Positions 18,694 to 27,394 of a stretch of 52,932 nt of DNA are shown in pieces; the first letter of the stretch is position 1, and every line of letters starts with the position of its first letter. The position numbers and the translations under genes were made by a program. The stretch covers positions 1 through 52,932 of IMG/VR virus record IMGVR_UViG_3300020578_004316, one strand, 5' to 3'. Source of the stretch: a virus. Its lineage: Duplodnaviria > Caudoviricetes. The notes below the pieces were generated by a model. The model had not been told where the DNA came from. It saw nothing but the letters and a program-made list of their open reading frames with translations, and ran no database searches.

Positions 18694-20400
18694 ATGAGTA
18701 CATTAAATGTAAACACAATATCCTCAACTACAGGAAATAACCTTGTTATATCTGGTAGTTTAACCGTAACAGGAAATATTAGTGGATCAATCACAAATGC
18801 TTTAACCGCTTCTTATGCTTTGAACGGTGGTGGAAGTGTTAACACTAGTTCTTTACTAGTTACAGCTTCATTTTCTGACCCTAATTTAACTTTTGAAAAG
18901 GGGGATGGAAGTACATTCAATGTTGATATTTCAACTTTAATACCTACAAACACTACATCTGCATCATACGTTGCTGGTGCAAATGTTGATGGGTATGTAA
19001 ACAATGCAACTGAAGCTGACTCAGTATATACTACTACCTCAGGGCTTCCACCTGGAAATTACCCAATTTTGCTTGGATGGCCAGGAGTATTTGATAATTT
19101 TTCAGGTGTTTATAGTAAAACTACTTTAACATTTAACCCATCAACAAATAACCTTACATTTTCAGGTTCACTTTTAATTAGTGGATCAATTATACCAGCT
19201 ACAAATGGTGCCTCTACTACTTCATCATTTAGTTTAGGTTCACCTACAAACGCATGGAAAGATATTTATGTATCAAATGGTACAATAAACTTTTTAGACG
19301 GAAGTGGAACTATTCAAGGAACTTTATCTTCAACTGCAAATGGTATTGCTACAGACGGAGATGCATATTTTAATTCAGTTAGAGTAGGACAAGGCCCTAA
19401 ATCAGGATCAAGTAATATAGTTGTAGGAGATTTATCTTTTTCAGCATCATCTAATGATGATAGATTGGGCAACACTGCTATAGGATCTAACACTTTAGTA
19501 TCTTATATTGGAGGTCCTTCAGGACTTAACAGTTACAATACTGCTCTAGGATCATATTCATTAGAAAATCTTACTTCAGGTGGACATAACACTGCAGTAG
19601 GACATTCTTCTTTAAAAAATGCATCTACAGGTATCCAAAACACAGCAGTAGGATATCATTCTTTAAGTTCTGTTACCTCAGGAACTAACAATATAGGGGT
19701 AGGAACAAATGCTATGAATGCTAATACTACAGGTTTTCAAAATGTAGCAATAGGTGATAATACTTTTGAACATTTAACTGCTGGGAATGATAACGTAGCT
19801 GTTGGATTTTTAGCTGGAAGAAATGCTTCTGCAAACTCTACTGGAAATGTTTATTTAGGAATTAAAGCAGGACCTTCTTCTCAAGTAAATCAAAGTAATA
19901 AACTTTACATTAATAATGATTATGGTGACCCATTAATTGGAGGTGATTTTTCCTCTAGAAAAGTTATTATATCTGGATCCTTTTCCTCAGGACAAGAAAA
20001 CAGTGTTTTAGGATCATATTCTCATGCAGAAGGTAGGATCACTCAAGCCGTAGGAGATTACTCTCATGCTGAAGGTTCAGGTACCCAAGCCGTAGGTGAT
20101 TATTCTCATGCAGAAGGATTAGGCACAATAGCCTCAGGCTCATACCAACATGTCCAAGGCCAATTTAATACCCAAGGAGATGATACTTCATTAATGATTG
20201 TTGGTAATGGTACAGGACAATTAGCTCGTTCAGATGCTTTCAAAGTTAGAATGTCCGGTTCAATTGTATTACCTACAACCCAATCAGCTGCTCCTTCTTG
20301 GACAGGAACTGATGGAGAAATTGTCCCTGCAACCGTAGGAGGCCAATATTTCCTTTATATGTGGATGAACGGAGCTTGGAGATCAGGTTCATTTGTATAA
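18694..20400 (+). CDS. Fibre protein 2 with YadA-head-like repeats
   Basis: NTAVG..SL repeats, SHAEG 14-aa repeats, C-terminal NGAWRSGSF. Confidence 0.75.
   Translation: MSTLNVNTISSTTGNNLVISGSLTVTGNISGSITNALTASYALNGGGSVNTSSLLVTASFSDPNLTFEKGDGSTFNVDISTLIPTNTTSASYVAGANVDGYVNNATEADSVYTTTSGLPPGNYPILLGWPGVFDNFSGVYSKTTLTFNPSTNNLTFSGSLLISGSIIPATNGASTTSSFSLGSPTNAWKDIYVSNGTINFLDGSGTIQGTLSSTANGIATDGDAYFNSVRVGQGPKSGSSNIVVGDLSFSASSNDDRLGNTAIGSNTLVSYIGGPSGLNSYNTALGSYSLENLTSGGHNTAVGHSSLKNASTGIQNTAVGYHSLSSVTSGTNNIGVGTNAMNANTTGFQNVAIGDNTFEHLTAGNDNVAVGFLAGRNASANSTGNVYLGIKAGPSSQVNQSNKLYINNDYGDPLIGGDFSSRKVIISGSFSSGQENSVLGSYSHAEGRITQAVGDYSHAEGSGTQAVGDYSHAEGLGTIASGSYQHVQGQFNTQGDDTSLMIVGNGTGQLARSDAFKVRMSGSIVLPTTQSAAPSWTGTDGEIVPATVGGQYFLYMWMNGAWRSGSFV
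20011..20136 (+). repeat. 3 x 42-bp tandem repeat encoding GxYSHAEG units
   Basis: tctcatgc(a/t)gaagg recurs at 42-nt spacing. Confidence 0.85.
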
Positions 20401-20425
20401 AATATAAAAAAACAAAAATAAAAAA

Positions 20426-22033
20426 ATGAGTACATTAAAGGTAAATAATATTGAACCTACTTCAGGCAATTCTGTAGTAGTAAATAGTGAATTATTAATT
20501 AAAGGACCTGGAGGTAATATTGTAGTAGGCGGAACTGGATCTTCTAACTTATCAGCATCATATGCTACTACAGCAGGATGTGCTAGTAACATTAATATTT
20601 CAACTATTGTTCCTGGAGACACTACAACCTCAGTTGTTTTAGTAAACGAACAAGCCGTAGGTTGCCAATCACCCTTTATTGATTCAGGTTTAACTTATAA
20701 TGCTGCTACAAATGTATTAAACACTACAGTAACAACAGCTCAAACTGCTTCATATGTTGCTGCTTCAAACGTTGTAGGAACAGTTGCAAATGCTACAAAT
20801 GCTGCAACTGCTTCATATGTTAATACATTAAATCAAAACGTAACAATAAACGGAAACGTAACAGCAAGTGGAGATATTAGACTTACTACCTCAGGAAGTG
20901 CTGTTGTTCGTCCTATAATTTCTTTAGTACCTACTGGAACTGCTTCATTTAATCCAAATTCAACAAATACTACTACATATTCAAATTACGGAATTAATGT
21001 AATTTCCACAGCATCCTCTCAATCATATTGTTTAAGATTACCTCAAACACCTACTCAAGGTAAAACAGTTACACTTGTTAACAAAAGTGGTATAAATGTT
21101 CTTGTTTTCCCAAGCGTAATAGGTGGAGACATTAATGGAGTAATTGATGGATACTTAGTTATTCCATCTGATGGAAAATCATATTCATTTGATTGCTACG
21201 AAAACCCACTCCCAGGTGGATGGTCTGTAACAAATGTTAACGCATCATCAACAACAATTACTTCTGGAGTTGTTAACTTTAATCATAGTACATCTTCTTA
21301 TCATATTGCCTTTGTAAATAATTCAATTAAAGTAAGTGGAAGTAATTTGAGTAGTGCCAATGCATACAATGGATTAAACACAACTCAATATGCTGTAGGT
21401 AATTTTACAAATGCTTTTGGAACTTATATTTTTGGACGTACTTATCCTGATACCATTATTGGACAAAACGTATGGAAATCTATTAATAGTATTCAAGTTT
21501 TAACAAATATTACTGCTAGTAATTCTACAGCATATTTAAGACTTTCATTAGGAACTACTATTGAATACTATGAAAATTCAAACCCAATAGGACCAGTTAC
21601 TCCATTTAATCCTATTTTAACATATAATAATTTTAATACAAATGTAGTAACTCCATGGATTAATAACCATCCTGGAACAACAAATTCATGGATGTACTCT
21701 ACAATTCAATTCCCACCTCAAACAACCTCTGTTGTTCCTGGAACATTTGTTTCTTCTTCTCAAAACCCATACACTTCAGATAATATTGGAGACCCAGGAA
21801 CCTTAATAATTAACATCCCATCTTTACCAACATATACTGCTGCTGGAGGTGGATTTAAAATGCTAGGAAGAAATTACATAGGATCATTTGTTCATCCTGT
21901 TCAAGGATTACTTGATGCATATTACAATGCTGAATTTTGTCCTATTTTTGAACTGAGCGTTTATGATAATCTATTCAACCCAGTTAACGTTCCTAATGCT
22001 AAACTTCAAGTATCTTACAACGTATCACTTTAA
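20426..22033 (+). CDS. Fibre protein 3
   Basis: MSTLKVNNIEPTSG N-terminus, TASY repeats, unique C-terminal domain. Confidence 0.7.
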   Translation: MSTLKVNNIEPTSGNSVVVNSELLIKGPGGNIVVGGTGSSNLSASYATTAGCASNINISTIVPGDTTTSVVLVNEQAVGCQSPFIDSGLTYNAATNVLNTTVTTAQTASYVAASNVVGTVANATNAATASYVNTLNQNVTINGNVTASGDIRLTTSGSAVVRPIISLVPTGTASFNPNSTNTTTYSNYGINVISTASSQSYCLRLPQTPTQGKTVTLVNKSGINVLVFPSVIGGDINGVIDGYLVIPSDGKSYSFDCYENPLPGGWSVTNVNASSTTITSGVVNFNHSTSSYHIAFVNNSIKVSGSNLSSANAYNGLNTTQYAVGNFTNAFGTYIFGRTYPDTIIGQNVWKSINSIQVLTNITASNSTAYLRLSLGTTIEYYENSNPIGPVTPFNPILTYNNFNTNVVTPWINNHPGTTNSWMYSTIQFPPQTTSVVPGTFVSSSQNPYTSDNIGDPGTLIINIPSLPTYTAAGGGFKMLGRNYIGSFVHPVQGLLDAYYNAEFCPIFELSVYDNLFNPVNVPNAKLQVSYNVSL

Positions 22034-22049
22034 TTAAAAATAAAACATC

Positions 22050-22412
22050 ATGCCATTTATATCTTTATACAGTGCAATTTTAGAACAAGTTCCAACTGCT
22101 ATTATCCCTAATATTGGATCTGATTCTACTAATACTATAGACGGAACATGGGAAAAAGTAGATACTGGATCCTTTTATTTTTTATCATCTGGCTCATTTA
22201 CAGGACTTTCTGGAAGTTATACAGGAAGTATAGGAGCTTATTTAACGTATACTCCTTCTTCTTCAAATGATACAGGAAGTATAATATTCTCTATAGCTAA
22301 TGATAGTACAGCAAGTTTAAAAACTACATTTGATCCATCAACATTTACCCTATCAGATTTAGTTATACAAGGAACATGTTCTCTTAGTATAGGAATCAAT
22401 TATATAGACTAA
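22050..22412 (+). CDS. Hypothetical Ser/Thr/Gly-rich protein
   Basis: Follows the fibre genes, TGS/SGS-rich. Confidence 0.5.
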   Translation: MPFISLYSAILEQVPTAIIPNIGSDSTNTIDGTWEKVDTGSFYFLSSGSFTGLSGSYTGSIGAYLTYTPSSSNDTGSIIFSIANDSTASLKTTFDPSTFTLSDLVIQGTCSLSIGINYID

Positions 22413-22433
22413 TTAAAAACATACTTTTAAAAT

Positions 22434-22460
22434 GGGCCTCTAAATGAGGCCCTTTTTTTT
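22434..22460 (+). terminator. Rho-independent terminator
   Basis: GGGCCTC-TAAAT-GAGGCCC followed by T8. Confidence 0.85.
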
Positions 22461-22483
22461 CATATTTATAACAAAATATCAAC

Positions 22484-23629
22484 ATGAACATCCCTATTTG
22501 GCCCGGCTCAAGTTCATTCCAACCAGGAGACACACCGTTTGGATTTTATGATAATGATCCTCAATTTCAAATTGATGCAGATAAATTTGCAAAATTTGCT
22601 GCTCAACGTTTAGGATATCCTTTAGTAGAAGTTGAATTACAAGATATTAATTTTTATACTACACTTGAAGATGCAGTAACAACTTATGGAAATGAATTAT
22701 ATGCTTATCAAGTAGCAGAAAATTTATTAACTTTTCAAGGAAACCCTCAAGTAATAGGCTCAGCAAATAATAGAGTTATTCAAGATAATATGGCATCTGT
22801 TATTCGTTTATCTCAACAATATGGAGAAGAAGCAGGTGTTGGAGGAACAATAAGTTATAAAACAGGTTCTCTTGATTTAGTAGCAGGACAACAAGATTAT
22901 GATATGAATCAATGGGCTATTGATAATGGGATTCAAGGTCGTATTGAAATAAAACGTATATTTTATGAAGCACCACCTGCAATTACTCGTTACTTTGATC
23001 CATATGCTGGAACCGGTACTGGCATGATGCAAATGCTTGATAGCTTTGGGTGGGGATCATATTCTCCAGCTATTAACTTTATGTTAATGCCTATTAACTA
23101 TGACTTACAAAAAATTCAAGCTATAGAACTTAACGACCAAATTAGAAAATCTCAATTTACATTTGAACTTGTAAATAATAATTTACGTATTTTTCCTATT
23201 CCAAGAGGTAAACAAAAATTGTGTTTTAAATATATTTTAGAATCTGATAGAAACATGCCATATGTTCCTAGTACAGGGCAAGATATGATCACTAACGCTT
23301 CAAATGTACCGTATGAAAACCCAATTTATCGACAAATAAATTCAATTGGTCGTTCTTGGATATTTGAGTATGCTTTAGCTTTATCAAAAGAAATATTAGG
23401 ATATGTTAGAGGGAAATATTCTACAGTCCCTATCCCAGGAGCTGAGGTAACATTAAACCAAGGAGATTTAATTTCAGCTGCAACTAGTGAAAAAACAGCA
23501 TTAATAGAACGTTTAAGAGCATATTTTGATACTACTTCACGTAAAACTTTATTAGAAAATAAAGCATTAGAAACAGTTAGTCAAAAAAATATATTAGCAG
23601 AGGTTCCAATGACAATTTTTATAGGATAA
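22484..23629 (+). CDS. Neck protein (gp13-like)
   Basis: RLGYPLVEVEL, W..EYALAL.KEILG..RGKY...PG..VTLN motifs. Confidence 0.85.
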   Translation: MNIPIWPGSSSFQPGDTPFGFYDNDPQFQIDADKFAKFAAQRLGYPLVEVELQDINFYTTLEDAVTTYGNELYAYQVAENLLTFQGNPQVIGSANNRVIQDNMASVIRLSQQYGEEAGVGGTISYKTGSLDLVAGQQDYDMNQWAIDNGIQGRIEIKRIFYEAPPAITRYFDPYAGTGTGMMQMLDSFGWGSYSPAINFMLMPINYDLQKIQAIELNDQIRKSQFTFELVNNNLRIFPIPRGKQKLCFKYILESDRNMPYVPSTGQDMITNASNVPYENPIYRQINSIGRSWIFEYALALSKEILGYVRGKYSTVPIPGAEVTLNQGDLISAATSEKTALIERLRAYFDTTSRKTLLENKALETVSQKNILAEVPMTIFIG

Positions 23630-23630
23630 T

Positions 23631-24203
23631 ATGGCATTATTTGGCACACAACGTGATGTTTCTTTACTTAGGCATCTTAATCGTGAGTTGTTATGGGATA
23701 TTATTACCCAACAATGTGTATTTTACCAATTAAAAACTGCTGAAACTAAAGTAAACATATATGGTGAAGCAGCAGGTGCTAGGTACTATGAAGAACCTGT
23801 GCTTTTAAACGTGTTAATTGATAGAGGTGACTTCTCTAACCCGGTTGATGACTTTGGTGTAACTACTGATAGACCAATGACATTTAAATTTTTACGTGAC
23901 GATTTACGTGGCAAAAATCCTGTTAATTCTGGTGGAGGCCCTGATATAGGTAATTACCCTGGAACATCTTATGGAGCTGATGTACTCCCTAAAGTAGGAG
24001 ATATTATAATGTGGGATAATTCATATTGGGAAATTGATAATGTAAATACTAATCAACTATTTGTTGGAAAAGATCCAGCATACCCATATAACCAAAACCC
24101 ATTGAACCCAGGATTAGAAAATTTTGGATCAAATTTATCCATTATTTGTACTGCACACTATGCACCTGCGGATAGAGTACAAATAACTAGAGAAAGAATA
24201 TAA
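23631..24203 (+). CDS. Head closure / neck protein (gp14-like)
   Basis: NIYGE, FGV, P.VGDII..D..YWEI motifs; follows gp13-like gene. Confidence 0.7.
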   Translation: MALFGTQRDVSLLRHLNRELLWDIITQQCVFYQLKTAETKVNIYGEAAGARYYEEPVLLNVLIDRGDFSNPVDDFGVTTDRPMTFKFLRDDLRGKNPVNSGGGPDIGNYPGTSYGADVLPKVGDIIMWDNSYWEIDNVNTNQLFVGKDPAYPYNQNPLNPGLENFGSNLSIICTAHYAPADRVQITRERI

Positions 24204-24204
24204 C

Positions 24205-25110
24205 ATGCCCTCAATTAAAAAACCTAATCCAAAATCTCAATTAGAGATACAAAATAGCCAGATAGAACCATATGTGTTTCCTGAAACGAGTGAGTCTTAT
24301 GGTAACCCTAACATTCCTTCTAATTTTAACCAATTTACAGATAAAAAACAAAGCGGAATAGATTTTAATCGTTCTGAACAAATGTCATTTAAAGATGATA
24401 CTACTAAACCATTTACTGTAGGTTTACAAGATATAGATGAATCTATAATGTATTATTTTCAAAATGTTATTCGCCCAACAGTAATACAAAACGGAAATAG
24501 ATTAGCAGTACCTGTAATATATGGTTCACCTGAAAAGTGGAAATCAGTACAAAAAGATGGATATTACAAAGATAAAAATGGAGCTATTATGGCCCCGTTA
24601 ATTATGTTTAAAAGAGATACAATTGATAAAAACCGTTCTTTAACAAATAAATTAGACGCTAATACACCTCATTTGTATGCATCTTGTATGAAAACATATA
24701 ATTCAAAAAATGCATATTCAAATTTTAGCATATTAACAAATAGAATTCCTGTAAAACAGTATGTAGTTAATGTAGTACCTGATTATGTTACATTAACATA
24801 TTCATGTGCTATTCAAACATATTATGTTGAACAAATGAATAAAATTATTGAAGCAATCAACTACGCTTCAGACTCATATTGGGGAGACCCAGAACGCTTT
24901 AAATTTAAAGCATCTATTGATTCATATACTACAGCAATAGAAGTATCGGATTCAACAAACCGTATTATTAAAGGAACATTTTCAATTAAATTATTTGGAT
25001 ATATTATTCCGGATACTATTCAAAAAGAGATTACAGCTATTAAAAAATATAATAGCAAAGCTCAGGTTATCATTACAGCAGAAGTAGTTAATAATTTAAA
25101 TAGTAAATAA
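24205..25110 (+). CDS. Tail terminator / sheath stabiliser (gp15-like)
   Basis: VPVIYGSPEKW, EQMN.IIE motifs; lies before the sheath genes. Confidence 0.7.
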   Translation: MPSIKKPNPKSQLEIQNSQIEPYVFPETSESYGNPNIPSNFNQFTDKKQSGIDFNRSEQMSFKDDTTKPFTVGLQDIDESIMYYFQNVIRPTVIQNGNRLAVPVIYGSPEKWKSVQKDGYYKDKNGAIMAPLIMFKRDTIDKNRSLTNKLDANTPHLYASCMKTYNSKNAYSNFSILTNRIPVKQYVVNVVPDYVTLTYSCAIQTYYVEQMNKIIEAINYASDSYWGDPERFKFKASIDSYTTAIEVSDSTNRIIKGTFSIKLFGYIIPDTIQKEITAIKKYNSKAQVIITAEVVNNLNSK

Positions 25111-25111
25111 A

Positions 25112-25258
25112 ATGGCAGCAAAAGCAAAATCTCAATCAGTAATTTCGTTTGTCCGTAAACCTAAAAAAAGAAGACCAGGAGTTCATGCAAAATCAAAAAC
25201 TAGTAAAAACAAAAACAGCAAAAACTATGTAAAAATGTATGTTTCTCAAGGGAAATAA
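25112..25258 (+). CDS. Small highly basic protein (48 aa), not in ORF track
   Basis: Hand translation MAAKAKSQSVISFVRKPKKRRPGVHAKSKTSKNKNSKNYVKMYVSQGK; fills the gap exactly, with ATG 1 nt after the upstream stop. Confidence 0.75.
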   Translation: MAAKAKSQSVISFVRKPKKRRPGVHAKSKTSKNKNSKNYVKMYVSQGK

Positions 25259-25281
25259 TATATTTATAATAAAATAAATTT

Positions 25282-25545
25282 ATGGGAATAGTTTCGGATA
25301 AAAAGTTTTTAACAGACGAAGAAAAAAATACATTAAAAGAAATTCAACAAAAAACTCAAGTTTTAATACTAGAACTAGGTGAAATTGAAATGATTAAAAT
25401 TCAAATTGATAACAGACATCAAGCTGCTAAAGCATTTTTAGATGAATTATCACTCAAAGAAGAAAATTTTAATCAATTAATTGTTGAAAAATATGGTAAA
25501 TCTAGTATCAACCCAGAAACTGGTGAAATTACTGTATTAGGATAA
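25282..25545 (+). CDS. Small coiled-coil hypothetical protein
   Basis: Late motif upstream; ends KYG...IN.ETGE. Confidence 0.6.
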   Translation: MGIVSDKKFLTDEEKNTLKEIQQKTQVLILELGEIEMIKIQIDNRHQAAKAFLDELSLKEENFNQLIVEKYGKSSINPETGEITVLG

Positions 25546-25590
25546 TTTAATCTGAAATACACCATATTTATAATAAAATAATATATTACA

Positions 25591-27348
25591 ATGGCAGAAA
25601 CAATTGTATCACCTGGTGTATTAGCAATAGAAAATGACCAATCTTTTATTACACAAGCTCCTGTACAAGCAGGTGCAGCTATTATAGGACCAACGGTTAA
25701 AGGTAAAGTAGGTATTCCTACATTAGTTACAACATTTAGTGAATACCAAAATAAATTTGGCACTACTTTTTTAAGTGGAAGCCAAACCTATACCTACCTT
25801 ACCTCTATTTCAGCCTTTAATTATTTTAATAGTGGTGGTACTTCATTATTAGTAACTCGTGTAGTTAATGGTAGTACAACTACTAATTGGACTCCTGCAA
25901 CATCATCATTTATTTCTGCATCTGCTCATGCTGTTGGTGCTCCTTATAATACAGATGTATTTGTTTTAGAAACAATTTCTGAAGGAGAAATAATGAATAA
26001 TACAGGTCCTACAGGATCTAATGGAACTTTATTAAGCGGTTCAGCAAACAATTTTAGATGGCAAATAGTATCCCCAGATATTAATACCGGTACTTTTACA
26101 GTATTAATTAGACAAGGAAATGATACTACAAATTTTATGTCTATATTAGAAACTTGGGGCCCTGTATCTTTAGACCCATTTTCTGCAAATTATATTGAAA
26201 AGATAATAGGTAATCAAGTTGAAACTATTTTAAATGACCCAACAACAGGTGAATATTATGTTCAACTTTTAGGAAATTATCCAAATCAATCATCATATGT
26301 TAGAGTTAAACGAGTAAACCAAACTACACCAGATTATTTTGATAACAATGGCATTCCAAAAAATCAATTTACTGGTTCTTTACCTATTGTTAGCAGTGGA
26401 TCATTTGGAGATGGGAAAGGAAGCAATATCCCCACAGGGGTTGCAGGAGCATATTATGAAACTATCTCAGCAACTAATATCCAAGGCTTAACAGCTAATG
26501 ATTACACAGAATCTATTGCTTTATTAGCAAATAAAGACGCATACAATTATAATTTTATAACAGCTCCTGGGTTAATAGGAAATTCTTCATATCATTTTAA
26601 CACAGTTCAACAACTAATTACAATGGTTCAAGATAGAAGAGATGCTATGGCTATAGTAGATGTTGTTGGATATAATTCAAATTTAACCCCTGTAACTACC
26701 GCAGCTAGTGCTTTTGATACATCATACGCAGCAACTTATTGGCCTTGGTTAAAAACTATTGACCCCAATTATGGTAATCAAGTTTGGGTTCCCGCATCAA
26801 CAATGATCCCAGGTGTATATGCATTTAATGATAATGTAGCATTTCCTTGGTTTGCACCTGCAGGCATTAATAGAGGTCTTATGACAACAGTAGTTCAAAC
26901 TGAAAGAGTATTAACTCAAACAAATAGAGATTCACTTTATCAAGGAAATGTAAATCCAATTGCAACATTTCCTGGATCCGGGGTAACAGTATTTGGGCAA
27001 AAAACATTACAAAAGAAAAAAAGTGCTTTAGATCGTGTAAATGTACGACGTTTATTAATTGAACTTAAAAACTACATATCTCAAATAGGAGACACATTTG
27101 TATTTGAACAAAATGATGCTGTTACTAGGAATAATTTTGTAGCAGCTATTAACCCATATTTAGCTTCTGTTCAACAACAACAAGGTTTAACAGCTTTTAG
27201 AGTTATCATGGATGAATCAAATAACCCACCTTTAGTAGTAGATAATAATAAATTAGTAGGACAAATTTATTTACAACCTACTAGAACGGCTGAATTTATT
27301 ATATTAGACTTTAATATATTACCTACAGGTGCAACATTTCCTGCTTAG
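25591..27348 (+). CDS. Tail sheath protein 1 (gp18-like)
   Basis: SPGV...E.D, PWFAPAGINRG, GQKTLQ, DRVNVRRL, VFEQN, PTRTAEFI. Confidence 0.95.
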   Translation: MAETIVSPGVLAIENDQSFITQAPVQAGAAIIGPTVKGKVGIPTLVTTFSEYQNKFGTTFLSGSQTYTYLTSISAFNYFNSGGTSLLVTRVVNGSTTTNWTPATSSFISASAHAVGAPYNTDVFVLETISEGEIMNNTGPTGSNGTLLSGSANNFRWQIVSPDINTGTFTVLIRQGNDTTNFMSILETWGPVSLDPFSANYIEKIIGNQVETILNDPTTGEYYVQLLGNYPNQSSYVRVKRVNQTTPDYFDNNGIPKNQFTGSLPIVSSGSFGDGKGSNIPTGVAGAYYETISATNIQGLTANDYTESIALLANKDAYNYNFITAPGLIGNSSYHFNTVQQLITMVQDRRDAMAIVDVVGYNSNLTPVTTAASAFDTSYAATYWPWLKTIDPNYGNQVWVPASTMIPGVYAFNDNVAFPWFAPAGINRGLMTTVVQTERVLTQTNRDSLYQGNVNPIATFPGSGVTVFGQKTLQKKKSALDRVNVRRLLIELKNYISQIGDTFVFEQNDAVTRNNFVAAINPYLASVQQQQGLTAFRVIMDESNNPPLVVDNNKLVGQIYLQPTRTAEFIILDFNILPTGATFPA

Positions 27349-27394
27349 TAATATATTTTAAAAAAAAAATTGATATTTATAATAAAAAAATAAA

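Noticed and set aside
17090-22033. Diversity-generating retroelement or invertase acting on fibre genes
   Set aside because: No reverse transcriptase or recombinase; no adenine-specific template/variable repeat pair or inverted repeats noticed.
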